Shown here: piece by piece, positions 30,289 to 38,833 of the stretch
Numbering within the stretch: the stretch's first letter is position 1
Layout of the letters: the number at the start of each line of letters is the position of its first letter
NCBI GenBank assembly: GCA_963765125.1
Contig: CAVXUZ010000005.1
Location: forward strand, 97,596-161,595
Reading direction: 5' to 3'
Source of the DNA: an uncultured candidate division WWE3 bacterium
GTDB taxonomy: Bacteria; Patescibacteriota; WWE3; UBA101185; UBA10185
DNA length: 64,000 nucleotides
Position numbers and translations under genes: made by a program
Notes under the pieces: generated by a model
Told to the model about the DNA's origin: nothing
What the model saw: only the letters and a program-made list of their open reading frames with translations
The model's database searches: none

Positions 30289-31875
30289 TCAGAACGAATC
30301 CATATCTGTTTGATAGTGATTTATTTTAAGATCTATGTTTGTTTCATAAAGTTTTTCTAATATTCTTTTTTCCTCAAGTATGCTCGTTTTATCTAATACT
30401 ACATTTGACGGTATAGAAATTGTTACATCGCAAGTAATGGTTAGGTTGTCTAGTTGATCGGCTGCGTCTATCGCGTCAATACTGCTAATTGAAATTGATT
30501 TTAATTCACCCTCTGGAACTACCCTAGATATCATTTCCGCAAGATCGTTTTTTATTTTTGATAACTTATCATCCTGGGTCCCTCTTAGGCTAATAATAGG
30601 CACTAACGTAATATCTAAATTTATTTTTATCCCCGTGTCCTTCTCTACATCAGCCTGCAGGGTGTCTTTATCTTTGCTAGAAAAACCATTTGTTGGGTTA
30701 ATTCGTAATACCGTAGCTACATTCCATATATCGGACACTTTAGCTATTTCGACAGTACTTATCTGTATAGAGGAATCCTTGTTAAAAATATATTTTTTAA
30801 GTGAGTCAATAATTTTAACTTTAATGCTATCATTTTGTTCTTTTTCTGCGCTGACTATTGAGAGTGCTCTCTGAATACTAAACGAAACATCTACCTTGCT
30901 GTTTAGTGTTGTTTCGAGTTTGGAAATAATTGAATTTTGTTGTTGATAATCAATAATTACATCTTCTGGTACTATAACGTCCGCTGCAATGTACACAGTA
31001 TTTCCATCAGGAGAGTATTTTATATCTGTTTGTATATTTTGAACCACGACCTTTTTTGATATTTGTTTTAATGACTCTTCGATTATGTTTTTACTCTTAT
31101 CATAAACACTGTTTTGAAATGAATAATCTTTTAGATAAAGCAAAAGAGGGAGCGCGGTAATTACGAGTATGGCAGTTATTGTAATAAATCCTTTTATCCG
31201 TATTTTTGTACCGTCTCTGCTGTTTATACCTGTCAAGCTAAACACAATAGTCGAAATAAAAATAATCGATATTATGTTAGCAAAAAAAAGCATAAATCCG
31301 CCGGTGGATACCTCATAGTTTTGGAGCGCCAGACCAATTCCAGAGACACACAGTGGTGGCATAAGCGCGGTGGCAATAGCTACACCTGCTAAACTATCCG
31401 AAATCTTCTTTTGTACAATTGACAGCGCAGCAATCATTCCGGCAGCTAGCGCGATGATGATGTCTAGTAATGTCGGTGATGCCCTAGCCAAAATCTCTTT
31501 GCTTAAAAGCTTTATCGGAGAAAAGTAGGTTATCGCGTAAGCGCTTAAAATTGCTATAAACATTGAAAAAATTAAGAGCTTCATAGCTTGAAATAATTGA
31601 TTTTTATTATCCGACGCAACCCCCAACGATATTTTCATAAGTGGCCACATTAGAGGAGATATAAGCATTCCTCCAATTATTACCGGAGGTGAATTTAATA
31701 TTAACCCTAAGGAACACACTGTCGTTGCTGATATCAATAAAATAAAAAAGCTTATTGATGCTTGTGAGTAAATACTAACTTTTTGTACCACTGCATTCCT
31801 GTCAATATTTTTTAGGTCATTTACGAGCTTCATTTTTTGCTCAAGAAAGTCAAAAAGCGCGAGTAATATATTCAT
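30289..31875 (-). CDS. DUF389/TIGR00341 membrane protein with extended C-terminus
   Basis: SPPVIIGGMLISPLM, LAGVAIATALMPPL. Confidence 0.88.
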   Translation of the reverse strand: MNILLALFDFLEQKMKLVNDLKNIDRNAVVQKVSIYSQASISFFILLISATTVCSLGLILNSPPVIIGGMLISPLMWPLMKISLGVASDNKNQLFQAMKLLIFSMFIAILSAYAITYFSPIKLLSKEILARASPTLLDIIIALAAGMIAALSIVQKKISDSLAGVAIATALMPPLCVSGIGLALQNYEVSTGGFMLFFANIISIIFISTIVFSLTGINSRDGTKIRIKGFITITAILVITALPLLLYLKDYSFQNSVYDKSKNIIEESLKQISKKVVVQNIQTDIKYSPDGNTVYIAADVIVPEDVIIDYQQQNSIISKLETTLNSKVDVSFSIQRALSIVSAEKEQNDSIKVKIIDSLKKYIFNKDSSIQISTVEIAKVSDIWNVATVLRINPTNGFSSKDKDTLQADVEKDTGIKINLDITLVPIISLRGTQDDKLSKIKNDLAEMISRVVPEGELKSISISSIDAIDAADQLDNLTITCDVTISIPSNVVLDKTSILEEKRILEKLYETNIDLKINHYQTDMDSF

Positions 31876-32118
31876 GTGAAAACTATATCAGTTAAGCCAT
31901 TTAAGTTAAAGCTAAGCACAAATGTTTTTGCAGAAAATAAAGCTGATACAACAGCTAAATATTTATGGTGGGCGAAGAGGTATCTTTCACTTCGTTAAAG
32001 TTGCATCCACAACGACTAAACTCGCCTCGCTCGTTAAGTCTTGTGTAGGAGTCAAAGACATCCCTACTGCTCCATCAAAACAAAAAATCCAACCACAAGG
32101 GTTGGTTTTTCTTTTGTT

Positions 32119-32148
32119 TGGTGGGCCATCTGTCAGGATGTGCGAACT
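32119..32148. repeat. 30-bp cassette left-end motif
   Basis: tggtgggccatctgtcaggatgtgcgaact, identical at 33883-33912, degenerate at 32841-32871. Confidence 0.95.
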
Positions 32149-32192
32149 ATTTATATAGAAATTGTCGTCGGGCTATAAAGCTTGGCTGAACT

Positions 32193-32753
32193 TTATTGCA
32201 TTAGTGGAAAATCCCTGCTCTCCGTAATTTGGGTGAAGGTATCATTTAGTATTGCGAATGTTATGGTGTTCAAGTTAAAGGTAAAGTCAAAGTTTAAGTT
32301 CTTAGCTTCTTCTAAAGCCTGTTTATATAACGGTTCATCTAAGGGTACTTTTGTCGGATTTTTCAGATCGTATTGAGCGTTCTTATCTACAAACTGGCCT
32401 AGTCCAACATGTGGTATAAATTCAATATCTTTTCTTAAGAATTGTTCAAGCATCCCTGTATATAAGATATCGTGCAATTTAATTATTTCCTCCCTTCCTT
32501 CTTCTAAGGTTAAAAATAAGAAGTTATCCCAGGATTTAGTTAGACCTTTAATGTGTGCGTTAAAGCTTTTAAAACTCTTCAACCTATCTCACACATGTTC
32601 TAAAAGTAAATCCTCAGAGATCGATTTAGCTGAGATTGGAAATACTATAGTTACATGTGGCCTAATAAGATTGAACTGTGTGTCGTACTTTTTTCTGAAA
32701 CCATCTATCTTATCCAATTCAGATTTTACATACGCTACTAAAACAAAATACAT
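32193..32753 (-). pseudogene. 2H phosphoesterase (2'-5' RNA ligase family) with an in-frame TGA at 32589-32591
   Basis: MYFVLV...RKKYD....IRPHVTIVFP...EHV*DRLKSF...FIPHVGLG; both halves are in the same frame. Confidence 0.8.
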
Positions 32754-32782
32754 ATTTGCAATTCTATATTAAAATCTCCAAA

Positions 32783-32801
32783 AGTTCGACTCCCTCATGG
32801 G
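32783..32801 (+). repeat. Cassette right-end motif (inverted copy of the tRNA-Leu T-arm)
   Basis: agttcgactccctcatggg; near-identical at 36550, degenerate at 33506. Confidence 0.85.
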
Positions 32802-32869
32802 TTTGTCGAAAAAGAGGTTGATATGACAACTATAAGTCTATGGTGAGCCATCGTAGAGGATGTTTGGAA

Positions 32870-33487
32870 CTATTGCATTGCTGAAGTACCACTTAGATGA
32901 GATGTATCGTCAAATACAACTGGTGTAATTGTATTTTCCTCAAAGTCAAAGATTGAGATTGAAGCATTCTTTGGATCGTACTTGAATGATTCTTTTTTAG
33001 GTACTGACAATAAATAAGGCATTAGTGCTCTAATAGATCCTCCGTGAGTTACTATTCCAATTACAGCATTACTATTATCAGTATTTACTTGTTTAATATT
33101 ACTTATAAGTCGATGTTCGAAGTCTTTCCATGACTCACCTTTAGGCGGTACGAAGTCATAACGCTGTTCAAGAGATAACGGATCAAGAACAGTTTTTATT
33201 TCAGACCAGGGTTTTCCTGAATAATCTCCCCAGTTCCTTTCTTCCATGCCTGTAAGCGGTATAACTGGTATATTGCAAATCTTACTGATTATTTCAGCAC
33301 TTTGTAGTGCCCGAAATTCATTAGATGCATATAAAACATTGCAATTCAGTTCTTTCAACTTTTCACTTGTCTGTTGTATTTGTCTTATACCATTTTCAGT
33401 TAAATTATCAGGATCACCAAACTTATGTAACACATTTTTAACATTTGTTGCAGTTTCACCGTGTCTTACTAAAATTAATCTATTCAT
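32870..33487 (-). CDS. Histidine phosphatase family protein
   Basis: LVRHGET, RALQSA, ERNWG, PKGES, VTHGG. Confidence 0.93.
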   Translation of the reverse strand: MNRLILVRHGETATNVKNVLHKFGDPDNLTENGIRQIQQTSEKLKELNCNVLYASNEFRALQSAEIISKICNIPVIPLTGMEERNWGDYSGKPWSEIKTVLDPLSLEQRYDFVPPKGESWKDFEHRLISNIKQVNTDNSNAVIGIVTHGGSIRALMPYLLSVPKKESFKYDPKNASISIFDFEENTITPVVFDDTSHLSGTSAMQ

Positions 33488-33564
33488 TAGGATATTTTAA
33501 CAGAAAGTTCTAAATTCTCTCTTGGGTATATAAAAATAATGTTGTTGTGACAGTGTAAATTCTT

Positions 33565-33736
33565 TGGTGGGCGAGGAGGGAGTCGGTCACATGTTTTTCA
33601 TCTCTAGCTCATTACACTCGCAAGATCTGAAAGCATTCGATCCCGCCTCCTTCACTTCGTTCAGTCCGGTATTCGCCTCCTACTTTTACCAACAAAAAAG
33701 TGTCCATCAAACCTTTAGGTCTGCTGTACACTTTTC
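33565..33736. repeat. 172-bp tRNA-targeting mini-element
   Basis: 21-bp tRNA end, then gtcacatgt..ttca....tgaaagcattcga.cccgcctcc; homologous to 36573 and 41336. Confidence 0.88.
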
Positions 33737-33882
33737 TGGTGGGCGAAGAGGGAGTCGGTCACCTGTTCTCGCCTGCTGGCTCGCCAGTCGACCCCGGCTC
33801 GGCACCGTCGTGCCTGCGCCTTTCGCCTCCCTTACTAGTCATAAGAAAAAAATATCCGGCATTGTAGCCGGCTATCTTTTTC
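33737..33882. repeat. 146-bp mini-element variant
   Basis: Exact 21-bp tRNA end, then gtcac...tcgacccc, terminal hairpin. Confidence 0.8.
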
Positions 33883-33973
33883 TGGTGGGCCATCTGTCAG
33901 GATGTGCGAACTGCTTTAGTTACTATTAACTACTAAAAAGTCTTAAAATAGATATATGTTGTATCATAGTGTC

Positions 33974-34798
33974 ATGGAATTAAAAACAGCTAAGTTACAA
34001 AAACATTTCTACATGTACTGCGCGATGTTTTACGCAGATAATCGTACTATCGGTCATAAAGATTGGGTCTCAGAACTTAAAGATAAAGTTATTACTGCAC
34101 TTGAGAAATCAAACACACCAAAACTAGATATGCCCATGCATAGCTACCATTACCTTATGGGAATATTTAATCCAGAAGGTTACGAGGACCATGGGAGATT
34201 AATGATTCCTCCTAAAGAAGTTTTAGATTATGTTGAGCGAGTATCCGCACTCCCGGAATTACAAGAAATATGGAAACAATACGAGCCTGATTTTGATACT
34301 AGACTTAAGGATTTTGAGGAGCGTTTTATTGATATAGAAAACCTTTTTAAAAACCATTTTGATTATGAGCCTGATATTAAAACCTTTTATTTAACAAGAA
34401 ATTGGGATACATCGGGAAAATGTATTATAACTAAAGATGGTTACTACATTTTAGTTGGGTGGAAAAAAGAGGGCATAAATTTAAACCAAATACTACATGA
34501 ATTAACTCACAGTTATTTAGATAAATGTACATTAACCATTCCGAGGGACGTAAACGATTACCTTAAAAAAATGCCAGAGGAAGTTTTAGGATCTTATGCG
34601 AATCCCCATGCTTATATAGAAGAATCCATAATCCGGGCACTTGTATTGTATTTAAGTCATTCGGAAGAAAATATACAAAACTATTCTTTAGTAGGAACCG
34701 ACTTGGATATGATATTACCTGCAAAGTACTTAGATGTTTTGGAAAAAGATAAGCCCGAAAAGTTAACTATAGAATATCTCAATAAACTAGCCTATTAA
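33974..34798 (+). CDS. HEXXH-motif protein (DUF4932-like putative metalloprotease)
   Basis: ILHELTHSY...IEESIIRAL; start at 33974 inferred from TATCAT-6nt-ATG (ORF open from 33956). Confidence 0.7.
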   Translation: MELKTAKLQKHFYMYCAMFYADNRTIGHKDWVSELKDKVITALEKSNTPKLDMPMHSYHYLMGIFNPEGYEDHGRLMIPPKEVLDYVERVSALPELQEIWKQYEPDFDTRLKDFEERFIDIENLFKNHFDYEPDIKTFYLTRNWDTSGKCIITKDGYYILVGWKKEGINLNQILHELTHSYLDKCTLTIPRDVNDYLKKMPEEVLGSYANPHAYIEESIIRALVLYLSHSEENIQNYSLVGTDLDMILPAKYLDVLEKDKPEKLTIEYLNKLAY

Positions 34799-34825
34799 TA
34801 AACATTATTTTTGCTAAGAAAAGGT

Positions 34826-34867
34826 AAAGGGACTACTTCCAAGTGTATAAGAAGTAATCCCTTTTTT
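34826..34867. terminator. Probable bidirectional terminator
   Basis: aaagggactacttc...gaagtaatcccttt between convergent genes. Confidence 0.75.
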
Positions 34868-34888
34868 GGTGACGCTTGCCGGTAGTCT

Positions 34889-35050
34889 TTAGTCTTTTGG
34901 ACAGGACTGATCGTGCGGGCACGGGTCGTTGGTATTGCCACTGCAGGAATGCCCAGAACAATCTGACGAACACTTGCCGTCGGAAGGGCAATCAGCAAAG
35001 GCAGCTAACTGAGGTTGCCAGCGAACAACTTGCGTGAAATCGGTACCCAT
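34889..35050 (-). CDS. 53-aa six-Cys peptide, putative RiPP precursor
   Basis: MGTDFTQVVRWQPQLAAFADCPSDGKCSSDCSGHSCSGNTNDPCPHDQSCPKD; AAAGGAG RBS; 19 nt after the rSAM stop. Confidence 0.85.
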   Translation of the reverse strand: MGTDFTQVVRWQPQLAAFADCPSDGKCSSDCSGHSCSGNTNDPCPHDQSCPKD

Positions 35051-35069
35051 TGTCGTTTTCTCCTTTCTT

Positions 35070-36401
35070 TTAGAATTCGGACAACATGTCTTGTAGAAGC
35101 AGTAGCTTCACAATTATACAAGACTCTTGAAAAGTGTTCTCGCCTAAGTATCTAGAAATCGGACAGAAACCTTGGCAATTCCACCTTGCAAAACAATTTG
35201 AACACAGGTTTTTAGGTAATCCTCCATGTACCACAATGCGTGCGTGAGCATCGGGATTCATTACAGGTACCTGTGTGGTAGACCCAAAACTTCCATAGAA
35301 GAACAGTTCAGAGCCTGGATGCTGCTTCTTTGTGATACGCGAGCATCCGGAGACTGAACCATCGGGGCATACGCAAAACATTGTGCCTGTACTTGCTCCA
35401 CAGAATTGTAATTTATCTCTGCGGAATGTATCCAAAGTGCAAACAACGCGTAAACCTAGTTCCACTCCTATCCTACGAGCTTCTGTGTAGTATTTTACAA
35501 AAAGCCCCGGATCAACATCTAAATCAGTGGCGCCACTTGCTTTACCACAAAGTGATAGCGGCTCAAAGTGCACGAGTCCGTTCACTCCGTTTAACGCTTC
35601 TTTAGCAAGGAACCTTACAAAATTCGGCATTTCCTCCACACTCTTACTTGTTACTGTGGCACGAATAGAAAATGCTAGGCCAGCAGCCTTCAGATTTGCA
35701 ACCCCTTTCATGGCTGCTTTGAAAGAACCTTTGCCACCTACCATAGGGCGTTGCAGGTCTTGCACTGTTGCGACACCATCCAATGAGATTGTGATGTTAT
35801 CAACATTGTGTGACTTCAGCCATTCTGCAAACTTTGTAGTAATCAGTGTGGCGTTAGTCACTATGCTCACATGCAGTGTTATATCAAGCTTCTCGGCCAC
35901 TTGTAAGGCGTATAGGACGCATACCTTGAGCAGATTCTTTCGCTTCAGAGATTCCCCACCACCATGAAATGTTAGGGTGAAGTGTTTTCTGCCGCGGGAC
36001 TGTGCTAAACGCAATGCATAACTTATTGCGTTCTTTGCTACATCTTCAGGGATAGTTGTAGAATCACAACCCGCCTTTGCGTAGCAGTAGATACACCGAA
36101 GATTGCAGTCGTTGGTTAAAGATAAAGTAATTCCTTGCTCCCCAGGTAACGATTGAGTCGGTAAAGACCAATGTTCCGGAAGTGCGAGTAACCCGTTATC
36201 TGAAAGAAACTTAACCATAACTGGGTTGAATCCGTCTGCAGTACTGCCTTCTGAAACTGCAGAAATTAGCGTCTGAAGTTGTTCTGCTCCGCCTTGTGAT
36301 AACTTGGTTACCAAGCCATGCAATGGGGCATACAACAAGAAAGACGGTTCGTTCGGATACAGAATAAGAAAAAGCCAATCTTTAGGCTTTAGTGTGTCCA
36401 T
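35070..36401 (-). CDS. Radical SAM/SPASM peptide maturase with possible N-terminal RRE
   Basis: CNLRCIYC, FHGGGE, FCGA..PDGSVSGC..CSNC.....CQGFC; start MDTLKP with GAGGAG RBS. Confidence 0.92.
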   Translation of the reverse strand: MDTLKPKDWLFLILYPNEPSFLLYAPLHGLVTKLSQGGAEQLQTLISAVSEGSTADGFNPVMVKFLSDNGLLALPEHWSLPTQSLPGEQGITLSLTNDCNLRCIYCYAKAGCDSTTIPEDVAKNAISYALRLAQSRGRKHFTLTFHGGGESLKRKNLLKVCVLYALQVAEKLDITLHVSIVTNATLITTKFAEWLKSHNVDNITISLDGVATVQDLQRPMVGGKGSFKAAMKGVANLKAAGLAFSIRATVTSKSVEEMPNFVRFLAKEALNGVNGLVHFEPLSLCGKASGATDLDVDPGLFVKYYTEARRIGVELGLRVVCTLDTFRRDKLQFCGASTGTMFCVCPDGSVSGCSRITKKQHPGSELFFYGSFGSTTQVPVMNPDAHARIVVHGGLPKNLCSNCFARWNCQGFCPISRYLGENTFQESCIIVKLLLLQDMLSEF

Positions 36402-36572
36402 CGCATCTTTTCTCCTCTCGATGATTATTTGATTTGTTGGCGTATTTATAGCATGAAAATGGCAATACCTCAATTTAAGATCTATTAACATGAGGCTATC
36501 TTTTTTTAAATGTGGGAAAATATAATTAAGTTTATGCCGTAAACACAAGAGTTCGACTCCCTCTTGGGTATT

Positions 36573-36749
36573 TGGTGGGCGAAGAGGGAGTCGGTCACAT
36601 GTCTTTCAACTCTAAATTCGCTCAAGCTCATTAAGATTTGAAAGCATTCGACCCCGCCTCCTTCACTCACTTCGTTCGCTCAGTCCGGCATTCTCGTCTC
36701 TCCTCAAAATGAAAAAGCTGAAAGTATTAAAACACTTCCAGCTTTTCCA
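36573..36749. repeat. 177-bp tRNA-targeting mini-element
   Basis: Exact 21-bp tRNA end, then gtcacatgtctttcaactctaaattcgc...aaagcattcgacccc. Confidence 0.9.
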
Positions 36750-36835
36750 TGGTGGGCGAAGAGGGAGTCGAACCCTCACGTCCTAATGGACAAGAGATTT
36801 TAAGTCTCTCGTGTCTGCCATTCCACCACTCGCCC
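36750..36835 (-). tRNA. tRNA-Leu(TAA)
   Basis: GGGCGAGTGGTGGAATGG...AGAGA-CTTAAAA-TCTCT...GGTTCGACTCCCTCTTCGCCCACCA. Confidence 0.96.
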
Positions 36836-36892
36836 ATAAAATTCTTCGTAGCAAGGCATATTATACATATTACATCGAGGGATTTGTAGTGG

Positions 36893-37285
36893 TTACCGCT
36901 CGTTAATTAAATCAGCCAATTCCTTAAGTTCGTCCATTGTTGTTTTGTATGTCGGTTGCGCTCCGAACTTTCCTTTATAAATAGGAATTAGTTTAGCGTG
37001 AAGGTGTGGCACGTCTAGTCCTTCAAAAATGACGGATGTTCTTAAAATTTCTGGCAACTTTTGGTCTAAGATTTTTGCAACTTCTTTAACCGCGTCCATC
37101 AGTGGTGTAAGTTCGGTTGTTTCAACGTTAACCAAATAACTATCTTCATGTTTTTTTGGGATGACAAGGGTCATACCGCGTTCATACGGATTTATGTCTA
37201 AGAACGCAATAAACTTTTTATTCTCCCAAATTTTATAAGATGGAATTTCACCACGCGCGATTTTACAAAATAAACAGTCTTCCAT
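36893..37285 (-). CDS. HIT family nucleotide hydrolase
   Basis: DCLFCKI..GEIP, AFLDINP, VPHLHAKL. Confidence 0.93.
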   Translation of the reverse strand: MEDCLFCKIARGEIPSYKIWENKKFIAFLDINPYERGMTLVIPKKHEDSYLVNVETTELTPLMDAVKEVAKILDQKLPEILRTSVIFEGLDVPHLHAKLIPIYKGKFGAQPTYKTTMDELKELADLINER

Positions 37286-37292
37286 AATTGCT

Positions 37293-37368
37293 TGGCGCCC
37301 CCGGCGGGAGTCGAACCCACGACCTCTTCCTTAGAAGGGAATTGCTCTATCCTCTGAGCTACGAGGGC
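37293..37368 (-). tRNA. tRNA-Arg(TCT)
   Basis: GCCCTCGTAGCTCAG...TTCC-CTTCTAA-GGAA...GGTTCGACTCC...CGCCA. Confidence 0.95.
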
Positions 37369-37534
37369 TTAAAAATAAGCCAAATTCAAGCATTTTGTAT
37401 TTTACACGATTGAGGGCAAAGAATAAACCTAGATTATGTAGTTTTTGTAAAATTGTTTCTCAGTAGGTAGGGGTGTATAATCCTGAAAAATAGTGCTTAA
37501 AAAGGTTAATATCATAGTGTTGAGGAGGCATATT

Positions 37535-38578
37535 ATGGAAGGGTTAGGTATTTACGGAGGTTGGTTGACGGTAAACCGCTTTTGTAATTTTAGATGCGGC
37601 TGGTGTTACGCTAAGGGGACAAAATTTAAATCAGAAGATAGTATGTCTGTTGAGCTTGCTAAGAATCTGATTAATTTGATGCACACAATTGGAGTTCATA
37701 ACGTAATACTTATCGGCGGAGAAACTTTGTTTTGGCCCCACTTGTTTTCTATCGCGACGTACATTAAGTCTCTAGGTATGACGAGTGCGGTTGTTACAAA
37801 TGGCTGGTTGTTGGGATTTGAAAAGTTTCGAAAAAAAGTAGAGACCTCAGATATTACTTCTCTCAGTATTTCACTAAAAGCAGGTAACAGGCACCAATAT
37901 GAGAAGCTAACTGGCTTTGATGGATTCGAAAAGGTAGTTGATGGTCTTCGCGAAGTTTCCAAGTGGAAAAACATAAGGGTGGAAACCACAACCGTTGTGA
38001 ACACAGAAGTACTAAGGAATATTGATGAGATAGCAAAGTTGGCGTTTGATAACGGGGCAGAATCTTTCAACATCTCAATGTGTGGTCCAGTGATTAGCGA
38101 TGGTGTATTTGACAACCGATTTGTTCCAGAACCAAAAGATGTTGTGAATACATTTTTGAGTAAATACGAATTACTTCATTCGCTAAGTAAAGGAAAATTT
38201 TCTATCGAGGCAGCACTTCCTACCTGTCTTTGGCCAAAGGAGTTTTTACATAAGCTGGAAGAAAACGATCAGATATCTTATGGGTGTCACTTTAAAACGA
38301 GAAGTGGGGTCATCTTTGACAGATTAGGTAGAATTATACCGTGCAATCAGCTTTTCGATTACCCTATGGGGCAATATGGCGAAGACTTTACAGATCTAGC
38401 TAGCTTTTCCGAAGTTTGGAATAGCCCCCAGCTAAATGCATTTTATGATAAAATGCTTGAGTACCCAGCAATAGCCTGCGTTAAATGCGGCGAATTTGAT
38501 AAGTGTGGCGGTGGTTGCCCACTAAACTGGTTTGTTAGGGATCCAGAGACAGTAATAGAAAAAGGAGAGCGCGTATGA
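37535..38578 (+). CDS. Radical SAM/SPASM protein
   Basis: CNFRCGWC, IGGE, GC..G.IIPC..CVKC.....CGGGCP; GAGGAGG RBS before ATG 37535. Confidence 0.92.
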   Translation: MEGLGIYGGWLTVNRFCNFRCGWCYAKGTKFKSEDSMSVELAKNLINLMHTIGVHNVILIGGETLFWPHLFSIATYIKSLGMTSAVVTNGWLLGFEKFRKKVETSDITSLSISLKAGNRHQYEKLTGFDGFEKVVDGLREVSKWKNIRVETTTVVNTEVLRNIDEIAKLAFDNGAESFNISMCGPVISDGVFDNRFVPEPKDVVNTFLSKYELLHSLSKGKFSIEAALPTCLWPKEFLHKLEENDQISYGCHFKTRSGVIFDRLGRIIPCNQLFDYPMGQYGEDFTDLASFSEVWNSPQLNAFYDKMLEYPAIACVKCGEFDKCGGGCPLNWFVRDPETVIEKGERV

Positions 38579-38745
38579 ACGCAAATCTAATGGATTTGGC
38601 TGCACAAAGAAAGAGCACCGGTGTAGTTCTAGACAAGCGTCCTTCAGGTAATCAAACTAAGACGATTATTATGGGGCATTGTCAGTGCAGATGCGCAAAT
38701 TGCAAATGTAATTGCTTTTGTGCGCAATGCAAAGCTAGTTTGTAA
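38575..38745 (+). CDS. 56-aa eight-Cys peptide, putative RiPP precursor
   Basis: MNANLMDLAAQRKSTGVVLDKRPSGNQTKTIIMGHCQCRCANCKCNCFCAQCKASL; AAAGGAG RBS; ATGA overlap with the rSAM stop. Confidence 0.85.
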   Translation: MNANLMDLAAQRKSTGVVLDKRPSGNQTKTIIMGHCQCRCANCKCNCFCAQCKASL

Positions 38746-38757
38746 CTGCTCAAATTT

Positions 38758-38800
38758 GGGGGATATTTAAGGTACCTAACTACTTTTAGATATCCCCCTT
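38758..38800 (+). terminator. Hairpin after the peptide gene
   Basis: gggggatattta...tagatatccccc. Confidence 0.65.
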
Positions 38801-38833
38801 ATCCATGAGGCATTTAATTTAGATACTTGATGG

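Larger units (their letters stand above)
31966..36749 (-). mobile_element. Tandem array of seven units integrated at the tRNA-Leu(TAA) 3' end
   Basis: TGGTG(G/A)GC-initiated copies of the tRNA end at 31966, 32119, 32841, 33565, 33737, 33883 and 36573. Confidence 0.8.

Noticed and set aside
32589-32591. Genome-wide TGA recoding (code 25 or 4)
   Set aside because: pheS and other genes end in TGA with ATGA overlaps, and long conserved genes have no internal TGA.
34795-34998. 67-aa ORF as the rSAM substrate
   Set aside because: It is an alternative frame with no RBS and crosses a terminator. The overlapping 53-aa frame has an RBS and the Cys pattern.
31966-36749. Canonical integron or prophage
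   Set aside because: No intI, integrase or phage genes. The junctions lack the RYYYAAC...GTTRRRY arrangement and derive from the tRNA end.
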